Shown here piece after piece: positions 36,401 through 51,736 of a stretch of 54,317 nt of DNA. Position numbers and translations under genes: made by a program. This DNA is from Callorhinchus milii (taxonomy: Eukaryota). Under the pieces are notes generated by a model. The model was not told the DNA's origin. It did no database searches and was given only the letters and a program-made list of their open reading frames with translations. The stretch is from positions 1-54,317 of the forward strand of contig NW_024705326.1 of assembly GCF_018977255.1 (NCBI RefSeq), written 5' to 3'. Within the stretch, counting starts at the first letter, position 1. The number at the start of each line of letters is the position of its first letter.

Positions 36401-39400
36401 CAGGATTTAATAGGCAGCCCGGTCATCGAGAGTGACAGGTGATTTACAGTAGATGAGAGGACACTGCTAGATTAATACCCAATCCCTGGCACTGGCGCAC
36501 AGGGAAGGAGTAATTCCGTTAACCGCCTATTAAATGGAGGTGAAAACGAGTTCGCACGTCGATGGGTCAAAAGTGTCTGGCACTTGAACGAGGAACGACT
36601 GCACTAGTCCTGTGATGGCGTATGTATGGTATACGCATCATAAATTTGACGGGACTATGAACAGTAGCCCCCCTCATTGCGCCGTAGGGTTTGGTATGGC
36701 CTACGAACTTTTATTTGTTCCGCACTCTTTGTGCGTGACTTGTTCAAAATCACGAACCAGGAACCGGACACTGGGACTGCGGCTTCGTCTTCCTCGCATG
36801 GACAAGACAGATTGGTTTGTGTTTGAGTGAGAGGAAAATAGATTTAGCTCAGGGCTTAAAGGGAGGACGTGCTGAGATTACCAAGTAGTCAAGTTATACA
36901 TGCAACCGGAGACTTAACTTCGAAAGTCGAGGAGTGAGGGTCATATCGATATTGTTCAGAAAGGAGGAATTTGTTAAGTTAATGCTTGATTTTCTGGTAG
37001 GGTCCGACGGTATTGTCTTTTAAAGTTGATGCGATAGGGTACTGAAGCTTAACCCGGCATGCTGGGCTAACTATACATCTAGCAAGGCAAGACAATATGG
37101 GGGCTTCAGACATGCGGGGATAGCATCATGGTTTCGATATCTACTAGGGCCGGCTGTTTCAGAGGACTGACCAAATGACGAACGCGGTACAAAACTGCTA
37201 AGGAATTGTTGTCTATAAGGGACAGGCCCCTGCAACCTAGTGCCATTAGGGATGATCCGTCGTTCTTGTACAATCGAAACATTGCTCCTCGAGGCTTCTG
37301 AACCGGCACTAGTCCTCTGGGGGACAACGGAGGGATGCCCCCCCGGAGGCTATACAAACGGTGTCTAATATTGCATGAGGGGCAGTACCGACTCAACTTG
37401 GAGCGAAGGCTACATTTTAGAGAAATTACAACGCTGAATGCTATTGTGATTTCTCTTAGATGTCTAGCACCTCCCGCCATCAGCCGCAGTAATTCAGGTG
37501 GCATACCCCAACATCAGTTTCACAGATCGCCATGAATCCCCCCTCGTGGTTTCCGCATCCTGGCGACGAGGACTGACCTCTATACGGGAAACTTAGCCAG
37601 GATAATGTTCAGAGCTATTGATTCTAAATTGCATTACTGTGGTACCGAGTCTTCTCAGTCAATGTCTAATGATGAGGGTTTGGATATTAGAAGAATAAGT
37701 GTTCGCGCCGCTATCTAAACTAGAATAACGTGTCTTCATATCCGTGGCTCGTGACTCAGGCGCGAGTTAACATTGCTACTTTGTACAGGCCAAGCAGAAG
37801 CCTTGTACGAATTGGCTCACAAGAGACGTAGTGCACTCAATGCCCACGTGTCTCCAGTTACACTATGTTATTTATGGGTTATAGGTAGGCTGCGGCAAAG
37901 GGATCCCTGAGGTATGTGGCTGTGTCATCGAAACTGCCCAAAATATATGGACGCCTTCATAGAAATGCCCAGAATTCCTGTTGGCAGTCAGGCGGACACT
38001 AACTTATGTTACGCTGCCAGGCCACACAGGCACGGGGATGATGTCAAGGAGAAATCCAGGACGCTTGTTCGCGGCTCTTCATGCACTTAAAAAGCGCACT
38101 CAATTCTACTGTAGCACCTCTCTGAAATCTACAGTGAATTAGCGTACAGATTGCTTCTATGGGAAGATAAAATGATTAGACAATAAAATATCAGGGTGTT
38201 AGTCAACTACGTATGAAATACTCGGGCGTCGTGTACCGGCGCGTGAAAACGGGCTGATTCTTTCGGTGTGAATGCGCTGTCCAGACCGGAACTGACTGCC
38301 TCTCTTAATTCGGAGTTAACCGGCGTAAAAAGTTGTGGTCCGGGAATCGCCTAAGATCTCGTCCAAGTCTAACACCTTCCTGGTGCGCGGCATGCTGTCG
38401 GCTAGCTGAAATATTGTGAAAGCCAGAGATGTCATGTTTTCGCTCGTTCTTCTCGGGACCCCCCTCAACTCCCGCTAGGTCTCGATCCACTGAAGAATTC
38501 TATCAGGTATTTCGCCCTCCGTACTAGAAACTCGTACAAAGGGGTTGATGGATTTTCTTATAGCCGCCTCCTAGCGTGCAGTTTTTAGCACGTAGTTACA
38601 GGGTTGGTGGCACCAAATCATTCGGTCACTGATTCTCCCCCTGCTAACCTCAACCAGTCATAGAAGCTCATGGTTGTTGATGTAGACGCAAACCTAGCGG
38701 TAAACGCAATCCTTTCTACCGGTCCGTCGCACGCAGGCTTCTATGAGGATGAAGGAGGATTGAACGCGTAAAGGAAATAAGCAGGGTAGTTCCCGGTTCA
38801 TACCTTCGCCTTAATTTATCGGGTCGGTTAAGACCACGAGAAGCCCAGACGAAGGCACCCGATATGGAAAAGCCAAACATAAGACTAGTAACTCCCCTAA
38901 GCCTCATTTCCGGACCCCCGCGCGCGGGGGCCACCCAACGGTTAGTGGCCGAGGACCGGGTTTCCTTCCTATCGTTAAACGACCTGACAGGGGTGCTCGG
39001 CAAAAAACACGGGCATGTCACGTCATAACTGTTGTAGCAACTGGCTTAGTGGACGCAAATAGAACGTAGCCTTTTCGTTTTAACACTCATAAAAGGGCGA
39101 CCTGCAGCTCTAAAGCACCTGATGTCCGGCAAGGGCAGAGTACTGGGACCGGACCGAAAGGGTACCGGCGGCACGAGTAGCACGAAGCTTAGTCTGTCGA
39201 CTTAACCAATGACTTTCCCACCCTTATTACGCGAAACCACTAAGGGGTTGCACTGAACGTACATCTGGCAGCTTTTAAAGGCATACTCGATCAGCAAAAA
39301 GTTCGTTCACCAGTAACGAACCTATACAAAGTGGAGTGTATAGTACGGACGTGCTTGAGTTCACAATCCTAGGGAGTGAGGTACGGCCACCGCTGTGGGA

Positions 39401-42400
39401 TTAGCGATCGATAGTGCGCAAATCGCTATTGCTAGCAGGATCTGATAGGAGGATCAGACTCATGCGCTAGAAACTCTCCGGCTGGGGTTGGGATTCCATT
39501 TCGGTCTGGAAAAAAACTAGTAACTGGCTTTTATGCCCCCGCGCGCTATCTCTAACCCCCTCATGGAGGCCCACTTGTAGAGCGGGACGCCGTGCGCAGC
39601 GGAACTGTAGTGAATTATATGAGGACTTCAAATACGAATGCGCCACAACATTAAATAAAGCAAGGGCAGCACAGTGAGATAGCGACAACTGTATGAGTTC
39701 GTACCGCGGGGCGCGGACGCAATTTGGCTGGAACGTCGCCGGGTTTTACCCCTGAGCGTATAATTCGGTCACAGGTTGCGTTTCTCCAGGTAAAGTTGGA
39801 GCTTCGAACATGCTAGTTGTCGCGAGCACTTGGACCTACTAGGCGTGACAGGAAAACATGATCGACACTCATGGACGGGTCTTTAATTGCTAGACTTATG
39901 TGGCCTGTAGGAAGTTGGATGGGCATTGTTTATGGGTACTGCTATCTTTGCGATTTATGAGGGCCAACATCAGAGCACGGGCTGCGTGATTATACAGAAA
40001 ATAAGCATTACTAGGCAGCCTCTAATCAGGATCTGTATGGAGCTGAGCACTTATGCGTGACTGCATTGCAGGGCCTGGACCGTGCCTGTAGCATAACCAG
40101 GGTACCGCGGCTTTGAGGTTGAAACAACATCTCTGTGAGGTTACGTTCTTCGGGTCTGTATTAGTATGAGGGTGAGCTCATCGCGGACCGCACAACATCT
40201 CAGAAAAAGATTCCGACATAGCGATTTAGTAGTCACGTCCAGATTATGAGGGAATTTTTGCGGGAATGAAAAGGGGGCGACGTTGAAAACGAGCATCCCC
40301 ACCGCCAAAAGAGACGGAACATCGAGAACAAAAACCCGGCAAAGTGTCCTTCGTACTGCAAACTATACAAGATTGAAGGCGCTCCAATCCCGTGCCGACT
40401 AAGAGTATTATTATGGCGCTCGCTTCGCGTTGTCTCAGAGTATAGCTTGTATGAGCAAAACAGCCGATAAAGCAGAAAATAAGATTGCCCTAAGTAGCGC
40501 TTTGACGTGTACGAAGCGCAAATAGGTCCCCGGAGGTGCCATCCAGATGGGAAGGCCCGCAGCGAGACCCGCACACTTCTTAACAGTTAGTCGAGATCTA
40601 TACTTGTGCCAGTGGCGAACGCCTTCGACATTTAATTGGGTACTATATTTAGCTGGGTTTCGATACCCGTTGGAAGAAGTGCGTGCTGTTTCAGTTAACT
40701 TGGGCTTAACATCTAGAAAAGAGTTGGCGTGAGCGGCGAGTACGAGCGCGAATGTATTGACATGTCGCCCTGTTGCTTTCATCCCATCGGATAGGGAGCC
40801 CTGTGGTGACCGATCTGGGCGCAAAGAATTAGAGCACCATTTGTACCGTTAGAGGCCCTAGAACGATATCTCCATCGCGATACCAACTATAAATAAACCC
40901 TGTGGTGATTGCCAACGGAAAGACGCGAACGATGATTTACGTCGATTATGGTGCCGTTTATTGAGCTGGCGGTTACAAACGACAGGTGCGATTTTCATAT
41001 TCTGCTGCCTGCATACCCTATTTAGAGAGTATACACCAGTAAAAGGACATTACCAGAATTTTTTGCTAGATGTTCGTACTTGCCAGCTCACGGCCAGGCA
41101 GCTCAGGCTTTTGTGTAGTAGAGTTCACAGTCCTCCACCAACCATACGTCCAATTACCCTAAGTGCACCGCACCCACGCAGCAATTGCGCACGTGCAATA
41201 AAAGGACATACGCTGAACTCGCTGTGTCTCTGGGCAGAGAGTATAATTTAGGACCCCCATCAATTTGAGATAAAGCACGTTCTGAGGCTCAAACGCTCCT
41301 AATTATCAGACTGTGCTCTCTTGCCGCTACGGAATCTGAACGCACCCACTTACCCTTTTGGCAGTTTGCCGTCGATTCCAGTGTGATTCGTCCTGCTTAA
41401 TAGTATCGAGTATTGGCGATCCAAGGGCCAACCGGTCGACTTTAACCTACGTCGGACTGTAACCTACGCTACAGCGGAGAGAGGAATTGGAGCTACGCGT
41501 GGGAAGTCTTTATCCCCACGCTGATTGCTGCCGCGAGATTCTTTTCAGCTTTTACTCCTGCCGCATTGCGACGGGAGGTGATTATTGGCTAATGTGTTTA
41601 CTACGCAACCCGGCACTTATTCACTCACCAAGGGAATTCTTGATGAAGTCCAAGACCCATACACGTTAAATTGCCTCGGCCACTACCACCTTGTATTCCA
41701 CTTCTAGGGCCGCGGGAATGACGCCGGACACCATTTGGAGCACTTGCACCTCCTTTTTCCCAGATAAACAATTAGCGAGTGTGTTGGAAACAGCTACCGA
41801 CCCCCCCGAAACCTATTTGATCTTCCCCCTACGGCGTTAAGGCTCGGTATGGAGGCCGCGCGCGCCGCGTCCACTAAAACGCTAGATTAAAGTGCAATTA
41901 AAGTCACTCGCCTAATCGATGAGGAAACGAATCCAACCGAGCGACGTTGGGAAAAGTCCTGTGAAACGGGGGCGCTGGTTATTGCCCATGTGCGCCGGCT
42001 TGACCAGATCTGGTAAAGGAGGTAGAGTCATCCAACGGCGGTCATTCGTGAGAACCGTCATACCCGATGGGGTTAGACAAGCTTGGCACTGCTTCCTTAC
42101 GTGTTTGGAGGAGACGACGTCATTTTATAGATTCCATCGCGGACTTTTTGTATCTGGACCTATCTTTTACATGTTTGTGGTTTGCCAACTCAGTAGTGTA
42201 GCAGGTCCTATGTTATGGACGCTCGTGGTCCCGTCGAGCGGAAGGATTAAATTCGACTACCGAAGGGTCTCTACGTTGCTTAGAGGACGTTTTGCTCAAT
42301 CAATGGCGCTTGCCCGTACGGTTCGGGCAGTATCGCCAATGGACTACTCCATGTAGGCCACTAACCTCTGGCTCCACTGACAGCTTTTAGCCGCCATGCT

Positions 42401-45400
42401 TCCGCAAACGCAACAGGAAACGTCATCACCCTCTGGTCAGGCTAGCTTCTCACAATTTTCACAAGCGAAAGAGAAACCCGGAGCTAATAGTCGCCTCAAG
42501 GAATTTAACTTATTTTTTTATGTAAAGACCTTCGCGAGCAACATGTGAGGTCTAGGACCCAGAATGGTAGTTTCTGACGGCATATGCTACTTTTCTTAGT
42601 ATGGACGGGTGAAAGGACCGAGAAAAGCGACCCGCCATAAATAGTAGGCCACTTATGCTCTAGCTGCCGTACGCGACAATTAACATCCTTAGGCATTACA
42701 TCTTGAAGGAGCCTTTCGGGCGAAGGCATCGATAGGTAGGAAACCTCACAACTGATATACCGTGCAACTGAAAGAGAATACACCCCCGCAGACACTCTCT
42801 TGGAAATGCTCTGCCACTCCATCCTCGAGGTAGGGAGCTTGTCAGTTGCGTTATGGCTCTTGGTTTGAGCACTGGACGAGAGAGAGCATACTCTCAAATC
42901 CTACGGCAATTTTTAGTGGAACTAGCGAGCCTTGGCAAACGGAAAAGATCAGTTCCGAGTGACGCTGTGGTGGAGATTTAGTCTATCTAAGTAATGTCAA
43001 AGACACCCAAGATTTCGCTACCTCCATCGCGGCTATGTGGTGAAGCGAGGTCATCCGCATCACAAACACGTATTACGAATGCTAACATCTACAAGAGCTG
43101 CATGAACAGTATGTGTCCCCGGCCCAAATGGCAACGACCTCCATCAGTCAAATACACGCGAGAGTTAACGGTAATGAAATTGCCCTACCTCGAGGTGAGG
43201 CGTATAATTTGGGGGATGAAGGGCTGACGGCCTCACCCCATAGAGTTGGCATCCATTACTTATAACCACCAGTACGGCTTCATACGAAAGATAGTGGACT
43301 TGCAGGGTGAACTAATCCAAGGTGGCTTCAGAGACGAATGAAATGAATCCGCGCCATAACTGGGAGTCCCGCAATAGTAGTCGACTACTAAGGGATATCG
43401 CGCGGTAGCGTTGTTGGATATGAATTTGTAGGGCTCATAAGTGCAAGATCTCACAACACGGTGCCTTGAGAGTGCGCAAGTTGATAGCGTGTTTGACCGG
43501 AGTACAGTAGGATCCCCGATCTAGTGCAGGTCTATATGGTGTTGTGATGAAAGTCGTGACTCGCTGATGCCGCTGTCATAATGAAAGGTTGTCCAACACG
43601 CACGACAGGCATATCGCTCGGGTGTTTGGAAATAATCTAACCATTGCAACGGTTAAGATTGCAGGACAAGAGCGCTTGGAGTGGATTAGCACAATTTAAC
43701 GTCGCAGCCAGAAGCTGTAGCCCAAACATAGAAGTTCGGGGACAATGGGACGTAGTGAAGCTGACATGACATTTTCGGCTGTGGTCGGTCGTCAAGGATA
43801 GTCAACCGAGCGTAATTTCGTGTCAGTCTCGGTTGCAGTATACTGTATCTCCACCCTGCTAGACGGAACTCCAATCCGTTGGAAACGTGTCTATTGTACG
43901 CTTAGTTCAACTCATAAGCTAACCAAACAAGTTAGCCGGTCGACCTAAATTAAATATACCTCCGGCCCCACTCGCCCATCCAACGTACCATTAACCGCTC
44001 GAGTGTTGCGGAGAACCGCGGACAATCGAAGCGTCGACTTGATCCTCCCAAGACTTATAAAGAGGATTTTTTGCGGCACGCGAGTCGCGCTGCCCGCGGC
44101 AAAGGGGTTTGTCGGAACCAACTTCCCCTAGAGATAGTCGTTAGAAGTGATTAATGAACTCTCGGACTACGTTATTACTACGGGTGAGGATGTGCTCAAA
44201 GGTGACTATGCCCGGCGAAATTCTAGTGTAAGAAAGCGGCTAGGTTGCGGTGGAAAGCTGCGGGACGATTAACTATCGAATTCGAAGGACCGCAGTGAGT
44301 CATGCGCCCATTATATAGAGCACCCATTGGCCTGAGGGCTGGGCAACGCATCATCGAGGCTCTCGCAGCAATCAGGACTTATTGGAATATAACCTGACGG
44401 AAGGTATGCCCGGGGCTTTTAAGCGTGAGCACAGCCGCAATCCATTCCCAAGCATCCTCACATGCAGGCATAGTTTCTTGGTGGGTCGGCGCTATCTAAC
44501 GAAAGTGCCAGTCAAGGCAGGTGGAAAGTCATCTTTGTGATGGGCGCGGAACCGGAATGCATATCTATGTCGCACACCAATTGCTCATTGCAATTTGTGA
44601 CTCGCGAGACTTGCTGCACGTAGCGGTATTTTTAGCAGTTGTGATGGCCATGTGCTAGGGGGTCCGGACAGGACTTGAAAACGGGTGCACCTACTCTGCA
44701 ACGGTGGGGGGAAGGCATAATTTGAGGTGGAGAACCTAGGGCCGGTACAAAAACGGTCGCTTTCGCGGAACCTGAGGAATCTCCATCTCAGGAACCCTTA
44801 AGATTCCCGTCCGTTATTTAATCAGCGGCTAATTTATGCATTCTGCGAAGTGACGTCCGCAAGGCTTTAGTCTCAGAGCGAAGGGAGTACCAAGGTGAGG
44901 GATTCCGGCATAAATGGTACGTTGGCCAGCAATTCGTTCCTAGAGCCGCGGTGAACCCAATTTATAGGTACCAAATTATCATATGAATCAGCAGCTATAG
45001 AAGCCCCTTCTGTACCTGCATGAAAGAGACGGCCAATCACCTTGAAAACGTCGTGAATGGCTTTATATCAGCCGTACGAAGGTGCGGGACCGAGCCGCCA
45101 TTAGTACTACTATTCGCAGCGTACGAGACCAAAAGTGAGTGTAAAGTACCAGTTGTTGGTTAGCACCGTTACAACGGGATATTACTGAAAGTGTCCCTAG
45201 ACCTCATTGAGTCCTGAGAAGCTTATTTGTTGTACAGCAAGGGAATACACAACGCTCGTAGAGACCGACCCAACAACTTAGATGTTCCAACTAAATCACA
45301 GGCCTTTGACACTCTGTATCCCAGCGGAACCAATCGGCTAATTAAAATTGAGGTGCAGTCGTGCACCTGTCTTCCGCGCGTGGTGTTTTCTAAAGGCCTG

Positions 45401-48400
45401 TGTAATCATATGCGCCACCGATCTCTGGGCTATTTCCTGGGTATGACCGTTTTGTTTAGCCCGGCGGGTACCGCACCCGGAACCGTAAATAATCGTATAG
45501 AGCTTGAGTTCGAGACATCTTCGAATGATTACTCCTCCGCATTTAGAGATCTAATGTATACCAGTGCGGAGCTCGATGAGCGATCACGACGTCAGCCTAA
45601 ACCATCCACTAGCTTCTATACCGGTGACAGCCACGCCGTCTGCAGGCAACGGTTAGTGATAATTTCGGCCAGCCTAACAGGTGGACGTGCAGCGGCCCAA
45701 GATTACTAGAGTTCCTGACTTTAAGCTGCTACTTTGAACTCTGTCAATATTTGATCGGAACACTGTTAATAAAGTGTTGCACGTCCTTCTTAGCTGTCCA
45801 TTTGGCCGGGGGGAACCGATGAGTACTCTAGTCATTATAATTGTCCGGAATCTGCGGGGTCGACATTCCCTATGACATTTTATTCATGAATGCTATTGTT
45901 TCGGCTCCACCAGTAGATGCCTTGCTTACTGCCAGCAATCAACAGCGCAAGTGAGCGTATTCTAATGTTGTTCGTAGGTACGCAGCAGCAGAGAATGCGG
46001 TTACGCCAGCCTGAACGCCAATACTGAGAGCATTGTGCGCGTTCGACCAGATAAAGACCTCACCGAAACATTGCCTCTTCGTCACTCGCATTAGCTGTTA
46101 ATCTACACCCTCGTGATTATATGCGAGCCGTGCGTATTCTTAATACTAATCGAGAATTTTCGTGTTGTCATTTACAATTAGCAATCTCGGTCTCGAGTCG
46201 TGCCTGTAGGCTTCGAGAGTAAAATTGGGCATACCTTAATATGTAAAGGCGTGTTCCTCAGAAACACATGGCTACGGATCCACTTAAGCATCATCTGATC
46301 ACGTTACTGTATAGATAGCTGTTTAGTACGTGATGTGACGTGAGAGCTGCACTGAGGGTTTTGCGAGCACTGGTGTAAAAATAAATTAGAAGACGCGTGA
46401 ATAAGTAAGAGGTGATGTGGACGAATAATGAGGTTTAATTCGAACCATTCCTACTGTGGGCCGCCTGACGTGAGGCCCTGAATACCTGCCTTGCGGAGAT
46501 AGTTACGAAAAACCTCAATCAAGATTTAATATCCACGATAAAGTGTCTTTCTCCTTGGGTCTTGTTAGTAAAATGGTTCACTTCCAACGAGTGCTAATTA
46601 TGCCACGCAGGGATTCTTGGCTGAAATGCCTGTACGGGTTCACTAACTGTCTAGTCACCTTTGAGTCCCTAAAAGTAGTCCGTTCAGAGCTCTCTATGGC
46701 GCTCACCGTAGTGTTTCTTGTATAGATTTTTCGCAGATAGCACGGAATCCGCGGGCATTAGCCCCCACGCAGCGTGCGAGGGATGTCAAGGGACCGCTCC
46801 CCCGAGGACACCCAACTAAGTTTCGCAGATTATATTAGCGAGGCAGTCTATCTCGGCATCTTATTGTAGAGTTTTCACTCAGAGAGTTGCACAATGAACC
46901 TACACGTCCATTGTCCTCTGGTGGGACTGCCTTACCTAAAACAAAGTTACTCGACTTCAAGTGGTTGTGGTTTTTGTAAAAGATTGAGCAAGTTTCAAAG
47001 TCACTTGGGGCCAAATGGGCCCCTGTCAACTTAACGCAAAGATCTGAAAGACCTTCAGTTGAATCAGAGACAAGACTTGGTTCAGGAGTACGCCAAGTCA
47101 TTGCGGCCAGTGCTTCAGATTGCCATAGATCTGTGGTCAGCAAGGAGGCGAGAGCAGGTCGGGTTCTGACCCGGACATATAGTTGGGACCTGGATCGGTG
47201 TAGAAGATCCTCAGGAATTAATCCAAGTCAGGGACTCACGACGTACACGCGCACCATCGTATCAATGACCGGTCGATTTAACGCTCGGGCTCCGCCCAAG
47301 ACACTAACAGCCGCTGTCACCTAATGCAGTAAAAAGGTACGTAACGTGAGTTTGCCACCGCCCTTACGGCGCAACAATATGTACCCCAAATAGGGCCAGC
47401 AATACACAAACAACATACTATAGGCAGGAGCTCGCACACAGGTCGAGAGGCGGTGCCTAGTGCTACTACGATTTTCACGCATCCTCAATCTTAATGCTAA
47501 CGGTATAGGTGTTGCATTCGTGGATCTTTATGTTAGATAGGCTAAAGTAAGAGCGCGGTCCCGATGGCTGAAACGCTGCTTTCGGTGAAAATTAAAATGA
47601 TTTCGGGCTGGGAACACACGTGACCGTGCTGGAGAACGCGCCGTCAAGGCTACATATAGCTCCCCAAATAACGCTGTTGTGGCACAGGTAATTAGTGTAA
47701 ACGTTAGATATCCTCCTTCTTCAGCTGACACTTGTCGAGACAGCGACCCTAAGGGCGCCGACTGTTGAGGGAAGGAAATATTTTCGTACCTTAGTGCCGT
47801 AGACGGACCCAACTCAGAGGAACCGATTATTTGCAAGTAGTACATTGCTAGGGGCCGACATATTGACAGTAAGTAGTCAGGACTATGCGACATGTCACAT
47901 AATGAGTTTTCCTTTTTCATTAGTATTAGGAAGGACAGTACCGCGGCCATTACTCAGTCTGATATTAACAATGGCCCATACTCACTCCTATTTTCCATAC
48001 TCTGGGGGAGTCCGTGTTCTATGGCTTAGTAGGCACGGGAAAATGCGGGCTCCCTATGACTTTGCTACAGGTAGGTATATGGACTTTAATTTTGTCGGTA
48101 GTAATAAGTAGCGTGCCGTCTGCGTTGTTGATACCGTACACTTCAGTAGAGTCCTAGATGTTGGAGTAGCATGTTTACCTTCGGACATGCTAATCAGTGG
48201 TTCTTATCCCCCTCAATACCTGAAGTCGGCATGGTTGAATTAGGGTTCTACGCCCCAAGTATATACGGGAAATATGAGTTTCGATCTAAGCGACTTATGC
48301 TATGAAGATGAGGACAGTGCCATAAAGAAGGGTAGCCTCTAATAGAAAGGTTGGCCAATCATGCTGCAGCTCCCCCTTCGTATAGTCTGCTACCAATCGC

Positions 48401-49735
48401 CGACGACAACGCAGTTGGGATTTAGGGTCGCGATAACAAGTTGTGATTCTGAAGCTCGCTACGTTGTCACGTATGAAATATCAGAAAATTATAGGAAGGA
48501 GCATGACCGATAAGGCTGTGGTGATAAAATGCAGTCGAAGGGATACGTGCTGAAGAGCACACGGGAGAACTAATTGATATCTCAAAGGCGCGGGTGCCAT
48601 AATCACCTAGCTAGGTCAGTCCCAGAATACTCCCCCTTATGGCCCCGGATATATGGTAAACTCTCTTGCGAGATTAGATACGGCTGTTAACAAGCACGCC
48701 CTCTACCTGCGTCGTGATTTTATGCGGAGTTAAAGCATTCATATACTGACTATTGCCTGAATTTCGTGACGGTTAGTTGCACTGTGGCAGTCATGTATGG
48801 CAGGTGGGACTTGAAACATGTCCAACTAAGATATGTGTTACGGATCCTCTATAGTGGCTGTTCAGTTGGGTAGTTAACCCAAGAGGGCTTTTAGGCTCTT
48901 GGTTCGCGGTCCAGTGACTATAATCGACTGTATTAGCGGGTACACGGCAGCCAGAGCCCCTTGATCACAATACAGAGTAGCTTACATAGAGTGCGATGTC
49001 TTCCCCTGACCGGGCGAACGAACAGCGGGATGCGCTATGGGTTTTCCTGCTAAGCAGGTTTTCCACAGGAATCGCTTTTTAAGACCGCACTTACGGTCCC
49101 CACCCGATTATTAAGTGGGATTCGATTTAAGCCGCGCGTAAGCGCACACCTTCCGGCAGGCTTGTTAAGGGAATGGCGTGTGGAATAAAGAGATTTTTCC
49201 GATAGCGCTATTCAATCGACCCGAAGCACATATTGGCCTGAAGACGATGGACAATTGGATTGTGGACCCTACGAGCGCTAAATTTCAAGCAAAATTTTAT
49301 GTGCATTTTGCAGTAACCATCTGCGCTACGGTGGATTAGCATGTATACTATCCACTGACGTACAGTTAAGGGTCCGTAATAGAAGACACTGGGAGACCTG
49401 TCTTTACCACTGAACACCTGCGGCGAACGGAAACGTTGAGTTTAACTCTCGCTGCTCAACATCTAGAGTGGTGGCTTGGGATAAGCGCCAACGTTGATTC
49501 TACCAGCATCTGTTACCCTCCCTAAAGCGCGACGGAGCCGCATTAAGGGCATGGCCAACAGGAGTTGGGGTGCAGGAGAAACTCTGATTTTCCATGGCAT
49601 GACCTTAACCCCGGACGTGTGGGTGACGGATGGTCGACCTTGCCGCATTGAGCACGCGGACCCGCTGCACTCCGGGGTTCGGATCTGATAGGTCTTCCGA
49701 TAAAGATGGTCGACATGAATGTCGACAACTACCTT
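24482..49735. other. ~25-kb featureless, random-like block (probably shuffled or synthetic); boundaries approximate
   Basis: By eye: even base use, abundant TA/CTAG/CG, no SINE copies, microsatellites or long A/T tracts. Longest ORF is 204 aa with no recognisable motif. Sharp contrast with both flanks. Confidence 0.8.
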
Positions 49736-51413
49736 TATCAGATGTTTGTTAATCCGTTTTATTCGGCATTAGAGAAATATTATTCTGCAATTAGGTATTG
49801 AATTCACGTATTTTTTACGTCAGTCAAGATGTTGATTTCAACATTTGGGAAAAATTGCATCCGTAATATCCATAATTGAGGTTTGTAGGTTAGAACGCGT
49901 AAATATAAATGTGTCATTAAACCCGCCACCACCCGACACAGTCAATTATTCAGGTTTGTCACGTAAACAAAACGTGCCAATTCGTTACTAGTTCAGCACA
50001 TTGGTGCGTTGGGGAGTAAACCCACACCATCTACAATTCGAGTTCGACATTTCGCTGGTAATTACAACCAGCATCATCAAGCGACAGACAGAGTTGTGGA
50101 GAAATCCTCCTCCTGTTTCGGTCTCAAATGGAGGGATAGATGTGATGTTGTCACTTGTGAGCCAGTCGTGCGCATCCGGTTTACAAAACCGGGTGTAATG
50201 CGACGCACGTTTACGATGTGTATGGAGTATGAGGCCACCATTGATCGACTTGTGACACAGAAACCTCACTTACGACCCATCTTCCAAAGTGGCTGACACA
50301 CACACTGAGCGGCGATGTTTCTCCTGTGCAACGGAGTAGAAAGTCGGTGAGTTGTTTTTCGTTTCAAAAGGTAAACTCACTTTTGGAACAGCAAAGAAGA
50401 CGACAAAGGTAAGAAAACAATAATTGTAATCATTTATATAAATGTAGTTGTGTAAATTTTGTGTTTTTTTGTGTGTGTGCATGTCATTATCTTGTTTTGT
50501 TAACCGTGACGGGCTCAGTTGACACCTGGCTAGGAATGAAACACGCAACTTTCATGTTGTATGTGGGCACTCCAAGCAAAGGTTAATGCAATTAATTCAA
50601 TCTGTATAATTATGCGGGGCGATCCAATTAGAGGCACCCCACTGATTTCTAAATGAATCCCTAACTTTCTTCTCAACACGCAATTGCTATTGTGCAAGTG
50701 ATGGCTCCAATGTTACGGAGGAGGGAGAGTGTATTGGTGCATTCAGATTGGTGGGGGATGTGTCGAGGGTTTGAAATACAAGTTGTTTTCCACATAATTT
50801 CAGTTTTGTCACGGGGTGTTTATAAGTGGATCGCTATATCTATATTGTGACGTTTGTAGGGTGATAAGATTGATAATGAAACTTTCCCCTTGAGTCTGTT
50901 TAATGATACCAAAACAATGCTTGATCATATGAAATAGCCTGCAGCAAGCCTAACTTTCTTACTTATTCCTCCCGAATTAAAAACATGCCATGATTCAATA
51001 ACTATTAGGCTTATATAAACGTGTTACCCTTATAGAGTAAGAAAAAAAACCAATATTTCAAATTACTTGTCAGCACATTGCATCTAAGGAGCTCACATAA
51101 TTATCATTGCTACCCACTTCATGGTCAACAGATGTTTGTCTTGTGGTTGTTGTTGTTGTTTGACTTGCATCCCACTGGGATTTTTGCACACAGTGCTGGT
51201 GTACGGTGCTTTTTCTGCAATATTTTGCTGTCTTTTCTTGGATTTTCTGTTTGCACATAGTCACATAGTCACTTTAAGATGTTTTCTGTTCATGTTTTTG
51301 TTTTTTTGTTTGTTGCGGTTGCACCCGATTCAAGAGCCGAATGGCTCACAGGGCTATACCTAATAAATGAAACTGAAAAACTGATAAGTGATCTCACGTG
51401 GGGTAAGGGAGAC

Positions 51414-51736
51414 ATGCCACTGTAACTAGGTGCCAGATGTTAACTACCTCGCCTGGTATGCAAGAGGTCGTGGATTCGATCCCGATCCTGACGCCTGTTG
51501 TATATTTGTAATTGCATATCTCTCCGTGGTCACGCGGATTTTTTCTCCGGTCTTCCGGTTTTTCCCTCCGCATTTAGCATCATCCGTTTGGAGTATTTGG
51601 CTGCTGTACATTTCCACGTGATGACAAGCCACTTCGTTGAGCTGTCACTTGTGGCCAGGTCGCTTCTGAAAAAGAGCTGTATAGCTCAGTGGGCCTTAGC
51701 TGGTGAATAAAGAAAATGTTTTTAGTTGTAGTTTTA
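51414..51736 (+). mobile_element. V-domain-like tRNA SINE (family B)
   Basis: GGATTCGATCCC box B, CGCGGATTTTTTCTCCGGTCTTCCGGTTTTTCCCTCC, tail GTGGCCAGGTCGCTTCTGAAAAAGAGCTGTATAGCTCAGTGGGCCTTA. Confidence 0.87.

Noticed and set aside
38915..38930. Perfect 16-bp palindrome CCCCCGCGCGCGGGGG
   Set aside because: About 0.4 palindromes of this length are expected by chance in 25 kb (25000/4^8), and there is no supporting context.
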